DNA from: Octopus vulgaris
Taxonomy: Eukaryota
Length of the DNA stretch: 64,000 bases
Assembly (NCBI GenBank): GCA_951406725.2
Contig: OX597824.1
Location: 2,294,001 to 2,358,000, forward strand
Direction: 5' to 3'
In this document: positions 13,644-27,460 of the stretch, piece by piece
Layout of the letters: each line of letters begins with the position of its first letter
How positions within the stretch are numbered: position 1 is the stretch's first letter
Notes under the pieces: generated by a model
What the model saw: only the letters and a program-made list of their open reading frames with translations
Told to the model about the DNA's origin: nothing
Database searches by the model: none
Made by a program: the position numbers and the translations under genes

Positions 13644-14404
13644 ATCACCCCATTTGATTTATATGGATAATACCATACAAAATTCTGGTGCCTTTTACTT
13701 AAGTACCATATTCATCTGAATCTAAATTTTGCTGAACTATATATATATATATATGTCTGTCGATCTATGTATCTATCAGTCAATCTATCTATCTGCCCAT
13801 CCATCCATCCTTGCATAAGTAAGTCTTTCCTATCGATAATAACTTCCCTCTTTATCTGATTCTGCACTCGCTCATACCCAGATATAGATAAACACACTCA
13901 AAACGTACTTTCGCAGTCGATGTATCATAATGCGATATTTGTTCTGACGCTATAATTTAATTTCGCACGTAAATTCGACAACGATATTTTTTTCATACGA
14001 ATTTAAAACAGTTTTATAGAAATCCCACTGTTTTCCAATTTGAAAGTTTTGCCGATTTTAACAATCATCTCTCAAAATTATTGATTCCTAGCGTGTAACA
14101 AGAAAAATGTATGTGTATAAATATAATCTTGGAATCCTAAGGAAATTTGAAATTAAACACATTTTTATTTTAATAGATATTCCCGAGCTCTTATTAAAAT
14201 AAAGATAAAATAACAAACAATATTATTAATATTATGAAAATTCTTTTATTATATATAAACGATGGCGACATCAAGTGCTGCATTACCTAAAAAATTTGTT
14301 TCTGGATTCTTGACACGTAAACTTAAGATTGTTGAACAGTGATATACTCTGCTAATTGAATACACTGATCTGCATTTATCAATGTAAACGGGATAAATGG
14401 TTCG

Positions 14405-14613
14405 TTTTCTAGGCACGAGGCCAGAGATTTTAAGGAAGCGGTTATATTGATGCTGTGGATCCCGGTACTTCATTTGTATCATGATTTATGAACTCTGAAA
14501 GGACAAAAGACAAAGTCGACCATGGCGGGATTCGAATTCAGAACGTAATGAACAGGAAGAAATACTGCAAGGCATTTAGTTTGACCCTAACAATTTGGCT
14601 ACAACGACGCCTT
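14405..14613 (-). mobile_element. Diverged S1 SINE
   Basis: Reverse complement of the S1 head and body (CAAAGTCGACC..GAATTCAGAACGTAA). Confidence 0.7.
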
Positions 14614-15474
14614 TCAGGGGCACAAATGACAATAACAGTTTTTGTAACATAGGCTCATGACCAGAGATTAATAAAATCATCCCAGTGGTCGACTGATTCT
14701 TTATTTTATCGATCCTTCAAGTTGATGGTCTAAGTTAAACTTACAGACGTACAGACGTTAGATCTCAGTTGCCATGTACCCTTCTGCATTTAGTGAACAG
14801 TTATTTATACACTATAGGCACATATGCATTTGCCTGTGTCACGATCGGGACAGCTGCTCGACGCATATACTCACACATATATATACATATATGCATATAT
14901 ACATATATACATATACACATATGTGTTTGTGTGAATGTGTGTAGGGTGTCCCAAAAGTGTATACAAGTTTTAAAAACTGAAGAAATGACTCTACCAGGTA
15001 TGGAACTCCTAAACTTACGCTCGTAAGACAACTCTCCTAACCACTCAGTCACACACTTTCACAGACGTAACACACCTTTCGCAGATATCACATGAATTTT
15101 TATGTCAAATATCGTGTTCATATTGATGTTGTGCGATAAGTCATACTTATGATGACGGGAAATTAATTTAGTTTGTTTTTATGTGCAAATCTGATACGAA
15201 AATATTAAAACCTTACTTTTTTTCTGGATATCTCGATTAGATAAACGTATAAAATGCGAATAACGCTTCTATTAGGAGGATGTCGAATATACACCAGTGT
15301 AGGTTTTATTCTAGAATGTGTGGTAGATATGAGAAGTAGGAATATCAAAGTTACAGAAAACATTTTTTTTCCTTTTTCTTGTGAACGTGAATCTTCAGTT
15401 CTTTTTCACGTTGATTTCTTTGATATTTACATAGTTGAGAATCAAATACATTCAAAAAGTTCATAACAGTATTG

Positions 15475-16700
15475 AGAGACTAAAATGTATAAGCTATTAA
15501 AAGGCAGCAGAGGCTTAACATCGATCTAAATACCTTTGTATGTCGTATCATATCCCTTCAGCGACATCTTTTAACCACTATATTTCGAAGTGCATCCCTT
15601 GACCAAATTTGCATACATGACGCTGATAACATCAGACTTGGAAGGCAGTTCCTTGAGCAACATTCCTTGACTGATAACCTTAAATACATACCCAAAGATG
15701 TCGTACATCTCTACCGCATCTTAGCATCGGATGGAAGGATGACCCTATATGAGCAGAAGACTATGCATGGATATATCAATAGAAAGCTCTGAGATGATAG
15801 TAACAGTAATCATCAAAGCAGTCTATCATGGACCAACAACCGGATTACTACTTCCCACTTTGAAGGGTATGCGTTTGCAATCCAGAAGCAGGAAATATCA
15901 ACCAAATACCTGATGCACAAAAAGGACAGAGATGCAGACTTTGTGGATTTAACACCGAAGATATCACCCACATCATAAGCCAGTCGTCCGAAAATGTCAT
16001 CACAGTAATATCTACCGATGAGGCACGGTGTAGATAGGACATTATATAATGAAATCCATCGGAAGGATAATCCCAAGGACAAAATTAAAAAGATACAGTA
16101 TGTTAGAAGCCATAGCCACTCATAACAAAACGAGTACTGTTGGAATGTCCCAGTGAAAACCCCAATAAAGTGTAAACACACCAGACCTGATATAATGATT
16201 TTGGATTGAGACAAGAAACTGTACAGTTGTGGAAATTAGCTGCCCACCGGATGTTAACATGAAGCTAAAAAAGAGAACTCCTACACTGAATTATTGAAAA
16301 ATCTGCAATTACCCTATCCAGATTATAAGTCCAGGTTTGTACCTCTAATTACTAGGGCCTTGGGATATGTAACATACTGCTTAAATCTTGAGCAATTAGT
16401 CTTCTCAAAGCTAGAAAAGAGAAACTTGATTCGAAGACTACTGATCCAATCCATCACTGGAACTTTAAAAATCTGTAAAACTTTGCAGAATTTCATCATT
16501 TAAATATATATAACTATATATGCAACTATATGCATAAGAATATATACATGAAGCAAAACATACAAATCTGCATATATACTTACATAAGTACAAACAAGAA
16601 TACCCTGTTGTTCATGTTGAAATTACAATGTAGGTACCTTGGATGTAGATTAGAATCCTGTTCCTTCCCTATTGGCAAATCTTGAAATAAAACTCAATAA
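15475..16700 (+). pseudogene. Old decayed RLE non-LTR element of a distinct subfamily (D4)
   Basis: GSRGLT, EGYAFAIQKQEISTKYL, CRLCGFNTEDITHII, PMRHGV, WNVPVKTPIKCKHTRPDIMI, VEISCP, FVPLITRALG; many stops. Confidence 0.8.
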
Positions 16701-16867
16701 TGACATACATATAAAATATATTCTACTGTCAATGCTCTGTAATATTAGAAATCTTTTCATTATTAGTAGCAATATTTCCGTCAATCGTTTAAGGAAATAT
16801 TGAAGCACGGCTTACTACTACAGTAGCATTTTAGTCAGTAGCCTGTTCAAAGTAAGTCTATTACGAG

Positions 16868-17086
16868 TGTGTGTTTGTGTGTCTGTGTTTGTCCCCTAGC
16901 ATTGCTTGACAACCGATGCTGGTGTGTTTATGTCCCCGATACTTAGCGGTTTGGCAAAAGAGACCGATAGAATAAGTACTGGGCTTACAAAAGAATAAGT
17001 CCCGGGGTGGAGTTGCTCGATTAAAGGCGGTGCTCCAGCATGGCCGCAGTCAAATGACTGAAACAAGTAAAAGAGAGAAAGAGAGA
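16868..17086 (+). mobile_element. S4 SINE 3' half
   Basis: GCTTGACAACCGATGCTGG..GGTGCTCCAGCATGGCCGCAGTCAAATGACTGAAACAAGTAAAAGA. Confidence 0.85.
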
Positions 17087-17584
17087 TATTCCCCATTTCC
17101 CATGAACACAATACCAAGAAGATAATAAAATAATTCTAATTAAAAATTTACATCTAACAAATAGGCTTTGACATTTCATACCATTTCTTAATCTTTGTTA
17201 ATAATTTTCTTTTAATTCTCCCTTATATCTTTCACTAGCAGAACAGTCATTACACAAAATTACCTGACGTTATGTTCATACCGAATATTAACACCTGAAG
17301 TTTTTTTTCTTTTTTACCCATTCATATCCATTTTTGAATTTCTTCAAATCACCTTTCATTTTCAGAAAATGAAATACACAGTTGATTTAAGGGGCGTGTC
17401 TCTAGGCTGGCATACCTGTAATTTATGTTCATTTATTCTCCACCCCCTCATCACATCTCATTGCTTAGTTTCCCAACTTGCATCACAAGTAGCCATCTTT
17501 GTTTTGCCTGATGTAATAGTTTAAAGGCAGAGGAGGGGGTCTCGATGCAATTTTGCAATTTACGTGAAATGCAAATTGCTGTTT

Positions 17585-17850
17585 TACTTTTTATCTTTTA
17601 TCGTTTACTTATTTCAGTCATTAGACTGCGGCAATGCTGGGGCATCTCTCTGAAGAAGTTTTTTAGATGAATGAACCAACACCAGTACCTAGCTTTTTTT
17701 CCTTTGAGCCTGATACTTATTTTATAGATCTCTTCTGCCGAAGCGCTAAGTTACGCAGACGTAGACACAGCAACGCGGTTATCAAGTGGTGGTGCTGGAC
17801 AACCACAGGCAGAAACACGCACGCACACAAACACACACACACACACACTC
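17585..17850 (-). mobile_element. S4 SINE 3' half, inverted relative to the 16868 copy
   Basis: TTTCAGTCATTAGACTGCGGCAATGCTGG..GCCGAAGCGCTAAGTTACG. Confidence 0.8.
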
Positions 17851-19260
17851 AGAGTGAGAGGGAGTACTGTTCTGTGATGGTAAGATCAGGAATATAATTT
17901 CTTTACCTGGTGAGAGATATATTTAATAAGCACAATTTAATTGACTTATGTGCTACTATTGGTTTCTTGTACTGAGAGTATATCAAACAGTGTTTTTTAA
18001 CACACGTCAGGTGTCCTGGTTCAATCGTCAGGCACTGCCCACATGGCGTAAGGAATTAAAAATGAGACGATAACATGAGAGGAAAAGCGAGAAAATGCGA
18101 GAAAGAAGTATATATAAAAGGTAGAAAACTGAAAATCCGGAAAAGGAAAAATATCAGGAAGTAGCAAAGGGGAAGAATTAGTTATTTCCACTTAAATCGT
18201 TGAATATCAGGCTGAAAAGATAATGGCTTATATGCAAACACACACATATATTTGTGTGTTTGTGCTTCCAGACAATTTAGTAAATATATGCAAGATTATC
18301 ATAAGTATCATATACACGTAACAGTCAGGGATGTTCAACGGTGAAGGTTGTTGATCAATAAAGTGTTAGAATAATGTTTCCCCTCGAATGTGTCCTCCCT
18401 CTCATAAGCAAGCTCTTACTCGTTTCTGTCAGTATTGGAATTTTCGCTTGGTTCAAGTATGGTTTTTATCATCTTGGACTCAATAAAGAATACGAGGCCA
18501 AGAATTCGTCCAAACGGATATCTTGTAATATTTTTTCCGTCGCCTCCTGCTCTGATTTCAAATTCAAACATAGTCTTCTTAGGCAATGGACTAAATTCGT
18601 CTCTAAATTCTACCATCTTAGCATGAAGCGTGTGTACAGCGAAATCCACTCTGTTGCAAACTTCGTGTCAATATGGTGCCAGATCTTTGGTTTAAGTATA
18701 TTCACCCTCTCTACAGACCCCCAATCTCTTAAGCCCTGTAAATGGGCCCTATAAACCTTTCATTTCAGAATCTTTTTAATAGTAATAACTAATTTACTAA
18801 AATAACGCATCCAAAATATTTCGATTTAATGAACAATCAAAATTCTTTCTAATTTTTTCAAACAGTTGAAACATTCTAGTAATATCTAGTTACATATCCG
18901 CTGCTGCTGCTGCTGTTTTATCATCTGCTAATATATTAGTAACCTTGGCAATAGAAGTGTATATTGCTTTACCTTTTCTGATAATTACTTTGAGCTAGAT
19001 TTAACAAACCATAACCCCTTTCATCCGTGGCGAAGTTTTACAACCCATTATAGATTATGTATCTAACACCGACCTTCTTTTTTCCATCCGAACATCATGA
19101 ATTTAAAATAGATACAAATATGAATTTTTCTTTATTTTCTGTTTCTTTTTCTCATCATGTTTATTGATCGGGAACTTCAAAACGACTCAACGTAACCGCT
19201 TTAGAATTTCATTTATGTACATCAAAGGAAGTACTGGTTAATATAACTATAATATATATG

Positions 19261-19418
<158 letters not shown>

Positions 19419-19548
19419 ATATATATATGTATGTATATAAATACATATATATATATATATACATACATATATATATATATGTATATATATATGTATATAT
19501 GTATACGTATATGTATGTATATATATATGTATATCTATATATATATTT

Positions 19549-19581
<33 letters not shown>

Positions 19582-20582
19582 AATGTAGGTATGTATGTGT
19601 GTATATATGTAGGATAATAGCTTGAAATGAAGCAGCCGTAACTTCGATAAATTTGTATGCAAACAGTTGCAGCGTTGCTATTGATTCGTTGTAAAGCTTT
19701 TGTTATAATGATAATTATTACGTAAGAAAAAAAACAACAAGAAAAATGTTAGCAATGAATTACATTATACCTTTCAATTGGAAGTTGCTTGCTGCAGATA
19801 AGTTACATTAAGCAATCCTAATTGTATTTTCGTAATTTGATTGATCGATATTTTGTCATTATCGAGATCAATGCACAATATCCATAACATGCATTTGTGG
19901 GAGCTGGTAAATAATAATTTATGTTATTAAGACATCACATTACTGTATATGATCATTGATTCCTAATCCATTTTTATATTTAATACATATTCATATTATC
20001 GATGCGAAGAATTGTGGCGATGTCTACAGCTGTAAAGTACCGAAGAATTTAATAGTATTTTTTCAGTCAAATCCTTTTATGATATCCATTTAATTTAACC
20101 CTAGTCTTCGTATAATTTTCAGTTATATTATTACAATAAATTCAGAGAATTAATTATATACCCCTAGAAAATTTGCATCTCTAATAGATTTGTGCCAAGA
20201 GCAATGAATTAATAATGAATTAATGAATTAATAATAAAATGAAAAGCGTCCAGCTATATTTCATTTTAACTTTTTTTAAGATTCGAAAGCGGAAGTACTT
20301 CTGGATTTAAAGTCCATTAAACCGCCGCATTTGTCATCAGTAATCATTGTGATATTTCATGATCAATGAAATTTTACGCTCACAAAACCATCCTCGAAAA
20401 CAGACGCCATGTGACAAGAGCCAGTTCCTTGCATCGGAAAAATTATTTCGCGTTGAGACATGGCGTTGTAGTAAGATTTTTAGGAACTCATTATTTCTGT
20501 AGCGTGAGGAATTCCTGTACTTGATCTACATAAAACCGAAACAAACAAAAATACTTCACTGACGACGTTTATATATAACTAC

Positions 20583-20806
20583 GAAGCTGGCAGAAACGTT
20601 AGCGCGCCGGGCGAAATGCTTAGCGGTACTTCGTCTGTCGTTACGTTCTGAGTTCAAATTCCGCCGAGGTCGACGTTGCCTTTCATCCCTTTGAGGTCGA
20701 TAAATAAAGAACCAGTTTCGCTCTGGGGTCGATGTAATCGACTTAATCCCTTTGTCTGTCCTTGTTTGTCCCCTCTGTGTTTAGCCCCTTGTGGGCAGTA
20801 AAGAAA
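20583..20806 (+). mobile_element. Monomeric S1 SINE (tail type A)
   Basis: A/B-box-like head; body GTCGACGTTGCCTTTCATCC; ends CCCCTTGTGGGCAGTAAAGAAATA. Confidence 0.88.
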
Positions 20807-22859
20807 TATATATATATAACTACGAAAATTCTATTTCCGTTGCTAATCGTAAAACTAGTCTCATTCACCCAGCGTTGCGGTTTGGGATAAATTGTGAAGT
20901 CGTATATTACACTATAGTTTCCATGACAATTAGAGGCAAGTGTAACGTTCACTTTACCGTTCTTTTTTAGTTTCATCTATATGCAATCAAAGTAAACTTT
21001 ATGCAAATGTTTAGTTACAAGTAAGTGAAAAAGAGCTTGCGATATATGAAATGTCATTTAGAATTAGGATTAGAGTGTTCCTGATCACTATCTTTTTAAT
21101 GTGAGTTACAGTGTAAGGGCAAAGGCACGACGGTGTGGTTCAGAGATTGGTGCTCCAACGACATTAATCTGAGTTCAGTCATTTGTACGTCTATCAACAT
21201 TGGCCAATATTTTCTTATACAAAATGATATATATATATATATATATATATATATGGGAGAATTCACAAAAGACGCAGACAGGTGGTGTAGACAACAAACA
21301 GATGCATTAGTATAACGCTCGGGAAAGGAAAAAGTCTTTCACGTTTCGTGCCTACGCTCTTCCGCAGAAAAGAACACAGAAAGAAAAAAGGAGAGAAAAT
21401 AAAGAATGTGTGGTGGCTAGCAATATATCATGGTGAAAAAAAATATATGCAGGTTTTCTGTAGAGCGGCGATTAACGTTATTCAGCTTAGGGATCTATGG
21501 TACCAACCATACTCTACATGCCACACAGTGGGATTGAACCCGGAACTGTCTTCCTACGAAGCAGATTGTCTTAAATACATACCCATGATTTGTCCACATC
21601 CATCTCATGTAGCATAGGCAATATCAGGTATTGTAGTAAATGCACATTCACATAGACACGCAAGTGCATATATGTATATATATAAGTACATTAATGTATC
21701 TAAGAATGTGTGTGTGTGTGTAATAAGAAGAAGGGATACATTGTTAAGGGTTCTTGCGTGTGTATGCAACCATTGATATCATGTGACACAAACATTTGCT
21801 TCGATAGTTGATGTTGACGCGTTGTTATGAAAGTTGATTGTAAAAGAAAAACTGAAGTAAAAAGAAATATGTCGTTTGGCGGAAAGTGACAAAATTAATA
21901 TTTCTTCTAAAGAAACATATTACGAAACTGAAGGTGAAAGAGCAACAGGTACAGAAGAAGGTCGACGAGTCGGAGCGTGTAGAAGAGAATCTTCAAGAGT
22001 GGGAGGGGCTATAAAGAAAAAGGGGTGGATAAATCGTAATGTTTGCTCTTCTGAAACCAAACAGAACAGGTAGAAAGTGGGTGGAGTGTACTTGGTTAGA
22101 TATACGAGGTAAGGTTAGAATGACATAACTATTGATGGGAATCTAGTAAGCGTTGCTTGAGTAAAAAGGCTGCGCGTGCGTCAGTGTGTGTGTGTGTGTT
22201 CACTTGAGTATATTGTGTGTGTGTGAAAGTGAGAGGCAAATGAGAAGTCGTAAGAAAAATGGAGAGAGAGGGAAAGAGAGATAGAGAGTGTGAGTGTAGG
22301 AGTGAATGAGAATGTAGAGATAGTGAAGGATAATGAGGAATGAGTGATGGACAGAGTACTTTGTACTGAGACACCTCAACGTTGAAAATACTTATCTTCG
22401 AACAAGTTTGTGTAAATAAGACACTGACTTTCTAACTCTGGTTCTCTGTTTATTTATTTTTTCGCCATCTCTCTCTCCCTCTCCTCTCCCTCTCACTCTC
22501 TATCTTCCTCTCTCTATTCTTCTACCTATCAGTGATATATATCGATTTACGCAAGACATATATATACACACTTACCCGTGTGTTTTTATGTCAATATACA
22601 TACCTCTCACTTTCTAATTCCATTCACTGTATCTGTCTGTGCGTCTGTGTCTCCCCTTCTCCCTCTCTCCCTTCTCTCTTGTTTTCCATTTCTCTCTATT
22701 CCTCTGTTTCTTAGAATATGTGTTTATGTACCCACGATATACACACGCATATGTATGTGTGTATGTGTATCCTATGAGTGTATATGTATGCATGCACGTG
22801 TACATGTACGTATGTATGTGCATGGTGTATTGAAGATCACCAAACATAGATATCCATAA

Positions 22860-23128
22860 GCACACACACACACATACTGTCTCTCTCTCTATCTCTCTCG
22901 CACATACTCTCATACACACTCTCTCTCTCTCGCACACACACACACACGCACACGCACACAACCACACGCACACACACACGCACACACATACATACTGTCT
23001 CTCTCTCTCACACATACTCTCACACACATACTCTCACACACTCTCTCTCTCTCTCTCTCTCGCACACACACACACATACTTTCTCTCTCTTTCACACATA
23101 CTCTCACACACACTCTCTCTCTCTCTCG

Positions 23129-23207
<79 letters not shown>

Positions 23208-23215
23208 ACATACAC
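22860..23215. repeat. Compound (CA)n/(CT)n tract with a recurring CACATACT(G)TCTCTC unit
   Basis: Seen directly. Confidence 0.9.
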
Positions 23216-23551
23216 TACAAGCTCGCTAGAAATCTCACAAGCGATCCAAATTTGATTACAGACGTGAAATGGCGCTACTGTCATCATACATTCTAGAATA
23301 TGTCTCCACGAAAACATTTCGTTGGTTCTTAATATATATATTTATTATGAACACAACTACGATCACTTCGCCGAAACGACTTCCTTCCCACCTTCTCTCT
23401 TTCCCCTTTCTCCCCCTCCCAGTCTTTCTTTCTGACTTCCCCCCTCTTCCCCCTCCCCTCTCATTCACTCTTCTACCGTTCTCATGTTATAATCTGCTAC
23501 TTCAAACCGTCATCTCATTTCATACTCTCTGCACTTTGCTACATCTCATCA

Positions 23552-23585
<34 letters not shown>

Positions 23586-24799
23586 CTAAGCTTATTGTTT
23601 TTATCTGCTTATAATGTCACAAAAGCCTTCCTTACAATTACACATTAATCCGAAGAAGTATAGGAACAGACAGATTCGACAATGTTGTTCGAGACATTCG
23701 GGAAAGACGCAAAAGTTGCCGTTGAAATTTCTTAGATCATCGCTTTGTGTGTGTCATTGCCATCCTTTGGTTCAATAAGGACATCAATAACTGTACCCCC
23801 ATCTCCTACATCTTGCATTAGTTACCCTCCGATTACCTACTTAGAATTCATTCTCATTTCCCTGTTTTTGGTCTTCTGAGCGATCTCACACTTCATAAGC
23901 ACGTCACCTACAAGCCACACATTCCAAACGCGTTTCTGGATGCATTGAAACCAAACACACGACTGCTCTTCCTGTGTGTTGCAGAGAGAGCCTCGAAAAT
24001 AATTGTGAATAGAGACCCTTACATTTAACTCCCCGTTTAAGATGTATTGCTGTTTGATTTGATATCAAGAACTTTCCAGGTAAAATTCTACATCAGCAAC
24101 AGAATTGTCCAACAAAATCGAAGATTTTGGATATCTTAAATCAACACCGTTTACAAATTCTTACCATAACATTATGAATTCTGATCCTACAATTCCGGAT
24201 CAAGACTTCAACTGCTTCACAAGTTTCTGACACTGAAGTTACTAGAGATATCTCCTTAACTGGAGATCTGATAAATTATGTAATTGTCGTCATCAAAGAA
24301 ACGTGTCTTTTGGACAATTTCCACACAGTTTTCTGACAACACTTCCACGTCAACCGATTCTGTATCTGTTACCGATGAGCTACAAAAGTCCAGGCAGAAA
24401 TAAGTCTTTTGATACAACATACTCGACCTTATATCTGTCTCAGCATAACCTGCTTCCTGCGTCGCAGATTCAGTCAAGCTTTAAATATTGTTCGCACAAT
24501 ACTTTTGTATCAAAGAATTACCAATAATACTTGAAGAATATAAACTCAATTCTCCATATACGTCTTCGTGGGGAATATATACCGTACAAAATCCAGGGGC
24601 CCATGTCTGTAGAAGGTCCAGATACTAAAGAGATTTACCCAAAATGGCAGTCAATGTGATCGGAACTGGATGCTCATGGGTAGAAAGCGAAATATTCAAC
24701 TATATCGCCATACACTCTTTCAAGTTACACTTAACTTTCTAGAAAAATTATAATCCTTACAACTGTTTCCATCGTAAGTAGAATGCATGAAGTTTGTGT

Positions 24800-24965
24800 T
24801 AGGAGTCCATTCGACAATTTCGAACCCAGTAACTGACTACTACCTTATTTTATCAAACTCCAGAGTAATAAATGTCAATTTTGACCTAGGCCTCATTAGA
24901 ATTGAGGACGTAGAGTCGTAGTAGATACTACAAGGCATTTCCATCAGTCCGCTGCAGCAATTCCG
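24800..24965 (-). mobile_element. Highly diverged S1 SINE
   Basis: Residual similarity to the S1 reverse complement. Confidence 0.45.
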
Positions 24966-26040
24966 AAATAATAAAACACGATGTTATGACAACTGAGCTT
25001 GAAAGACTGATTTTTTCTGAGTGAAATGTTTCCGTTAATGAATTACTAACTGAAGCATACCAGGGGTGAGGGCTTCCGGCAAGGGGATAAGCAACGAAAT
25101 GCTGATCCATTTATGTCATAATTGAACGAGGGACTTCCAACGTGCTCGTCCAATCAGTTCGATATTCGTTTACTACCGAGTTTGACACACACTTGCTATG
25201 CTTACAATCAGAATGGCAGTGAACCAGTGATCGGTCGATTGGAATCTTGCAATCACCAGTTGCAATAGAGAGAATTAAGTATATTGATGCATTTTATGAA
25301 ATAAAATATATTCGGTTGCGCTAACCAGAATGCTTTGATCATGAGGGATGAGTTGCAGCTATGCAACAACAATAACTAAAACCGCGACAGTAAGCAGCAC
25401 ATTTTTATTTCATGGCACCTTACTTCCAAGTTGTTTCGATGAAACCAGCTGGAAATATGTGTTCCCACCATGCTTACCGTTTCGCATCAGTGTTACAATA
25501 GCAGCTCTCTAATCCTTCGGATTATTGAAGCTTTTCTTTTATGAAGTTCTTTTGCGTACAAAGGATATGTGTTTGTTTTTCTTTTCGCTCTAACATTGCT
25601 TATAATTTCACAACCTGCTTCTAAAAACTAACTCGTTTGTCAATATTTTACTCTTTTTACTTTTTACGCCTAGCTTTTATCTACGACGAGATTGAATAGA
25701 ATTCTACCACCAAGTGAATTTCCCAAATAACGTTCTGTTATTCAGTGCTTAATGTTATTTGTCTTTTATACCACAGATCCGATATATCATAATCCAGAAT
25801 TTGTTTTCTACTTTACATACGTTTCGCAATACAACAGACTTTCCTAAGACACACAAAATAAAAATAAGTTATCAGGCAAAAGAGAGAGCGTAAATATTTT
25901 CTAAGCTGACGATGTGTTAATTTCTCTAGAGAAGTCATTTTAGATTGTTTTACTTTTCTATCATGATGATGATGATGATGATGATGATAGCCACCGACGA
26001 CGATGATGATGATGATGATGATGATGATGATAGTAATAAT

Positions 26041-26230
26041 AAGATATACACAAATGGTTGAAGGAGATTGGAATAGAATGGCCTGTAGACCGTCTACAGA
26101 ACGTTTGCACCATAGGGACAGGAAGAATTATTAGGAAGATCTTAAGCAATTAAAAGGCTAATGAAAGATAGTGGATAGCTAAGGTTATAGGCAATAATCC
26201 GCTACACACCGGGAGAACCGGAATCGAATT
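26041..26230 (+). mobile_element. Very short 3' fragment of a second RLE subfamily (D2) after (GAT)n(AAT); duplicate at ~36586-36775
   Basis: Translates DIHKWLKEIGIEWPVDRLQNVCTIGTGRIIRKILSN*, matching the RLE C-terminus at 58860-58925; its 3' UTR resembles 58950-58990. Confidence 0.7.
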
Positions 26231-26436
26231 AATATCAATAATAGACTTTTACTACCGGCGCACATTCCTAGACGTAAGTCTATGTTACAAAATGGTTTAG
26301 AAACATCTTTTGAAAGATAAATAAAATTAAAATGTGGCAGTTTTGGCGCCATGTAATGTGTAGGGACATTACGTTTCACTTTATACAAGTGAATATAAAA
26401 TTTACTCATAAATAAAAGAACGCGAAGTATAATTCT

Positions 26437-26832
26437 TTTCTACTCTAGGCACAAGGCCCGAAATTTTGGGTAAATGGGCCAATCGATTAAATCAACCCCA
26501 GTACGCAACTCGTAAATAATTTATCGACCCCGAAAGGATGAAAGTCAAAGTCGACCTCGGTGGAATTTGAACTCAGAACATAAACACAGATGAAATACCT
26601 ATTTCTTTACTATCCATAAGGGGCCAAACACAGAGAGAACAAACAAGAACAGACAAACGGATTAAGTCGATTATATTGAACCCAGTGCGTAACTGGTACT
26701 TATTTAATCGACTCCGAAAGGATGAAAGGCAAAGTCGACTTCGGCGGAATTTGAACTCAAAACGTAACGGCAGACGAAATACGGCTACGCATTTCGCCTG
26801 GCGTGCTAACGTTTCTGCCAGCTCGCCGCCTT
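26437..26832 (-). mobile_element. Dimeric tRNA-derived SINE (family S1) with 17-bp TSD; duplicate at ~36982-37376
   Basis: TSD ACGCGAAGTATAATTCT at 26420-26436 and 26833-26849; head AAGGCGGCGAGCTGGCAGAA; two GAGTTCAAATTCC..GTCGACTTTG bodies. Confidence 0.9.
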
Positions 26833-27249
26833 ACGCGAAGTATAATTCTAAAGAAGCAAGGCTAAACACGCCCATAAACACACACGCACAATATATACGA
26901 AATCAACACAAAATGTCTTCACATTTGGCTGCATGAAGAATCAAAGAGACGTTTTTGACATGAGTCAAATCCATGAGGAAACGGAGACAACGGTTTATCA
27001 CGAGGTGTGTTTACTGAGATTGTTTGAAGAAATTACCCAGCATTGTGTGAGGGGTAGGGCGGAAACCTGCTTCGTAGAGGCCAGATGAGGGTGCCGTGTC
27101 CCTTGAAGGAAAAGTTCAAATTAAATTAAAACGATGCACAGCGTCAGAAGTTTTACGTTGATAGAGTAGGGCATACTCAAACTAGTCTAGTCTTATATGT
27201 GTGTGCATGTGTATGCGTGCGAATGTAGGTGTGTTTGTGTGTGTATGTG

Positions 27250-27460
27250 CATTAGTTGTTAGAGTGCCTGCCTCGTCATTGTGCTTTCGATTCCTGAAAC
27301 GAGCAACGCAGTGTGTTCTTGAGCCAAATTCTTCATTTCACGTTGCTCCAGTTAAGGCGGCTAGCAAAAGCGAGTAATCTCGCGACGGACCGGCGTCCCG
27401 TCCTGCGAGCAATATATGCGCCACCGAAACTGAGAAACCTGCCTTATGAGTCTATAAGAT
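27250..27460 (+). mobile_element. Diverged S3-related SINE with a different 3' part; duplicate at ~37795-38005
   Basis: GTGTTCTTGAGC..ATTTCACGTTGCTCCAGTT is shared with the 5346 copy. Confidence 0.6.
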
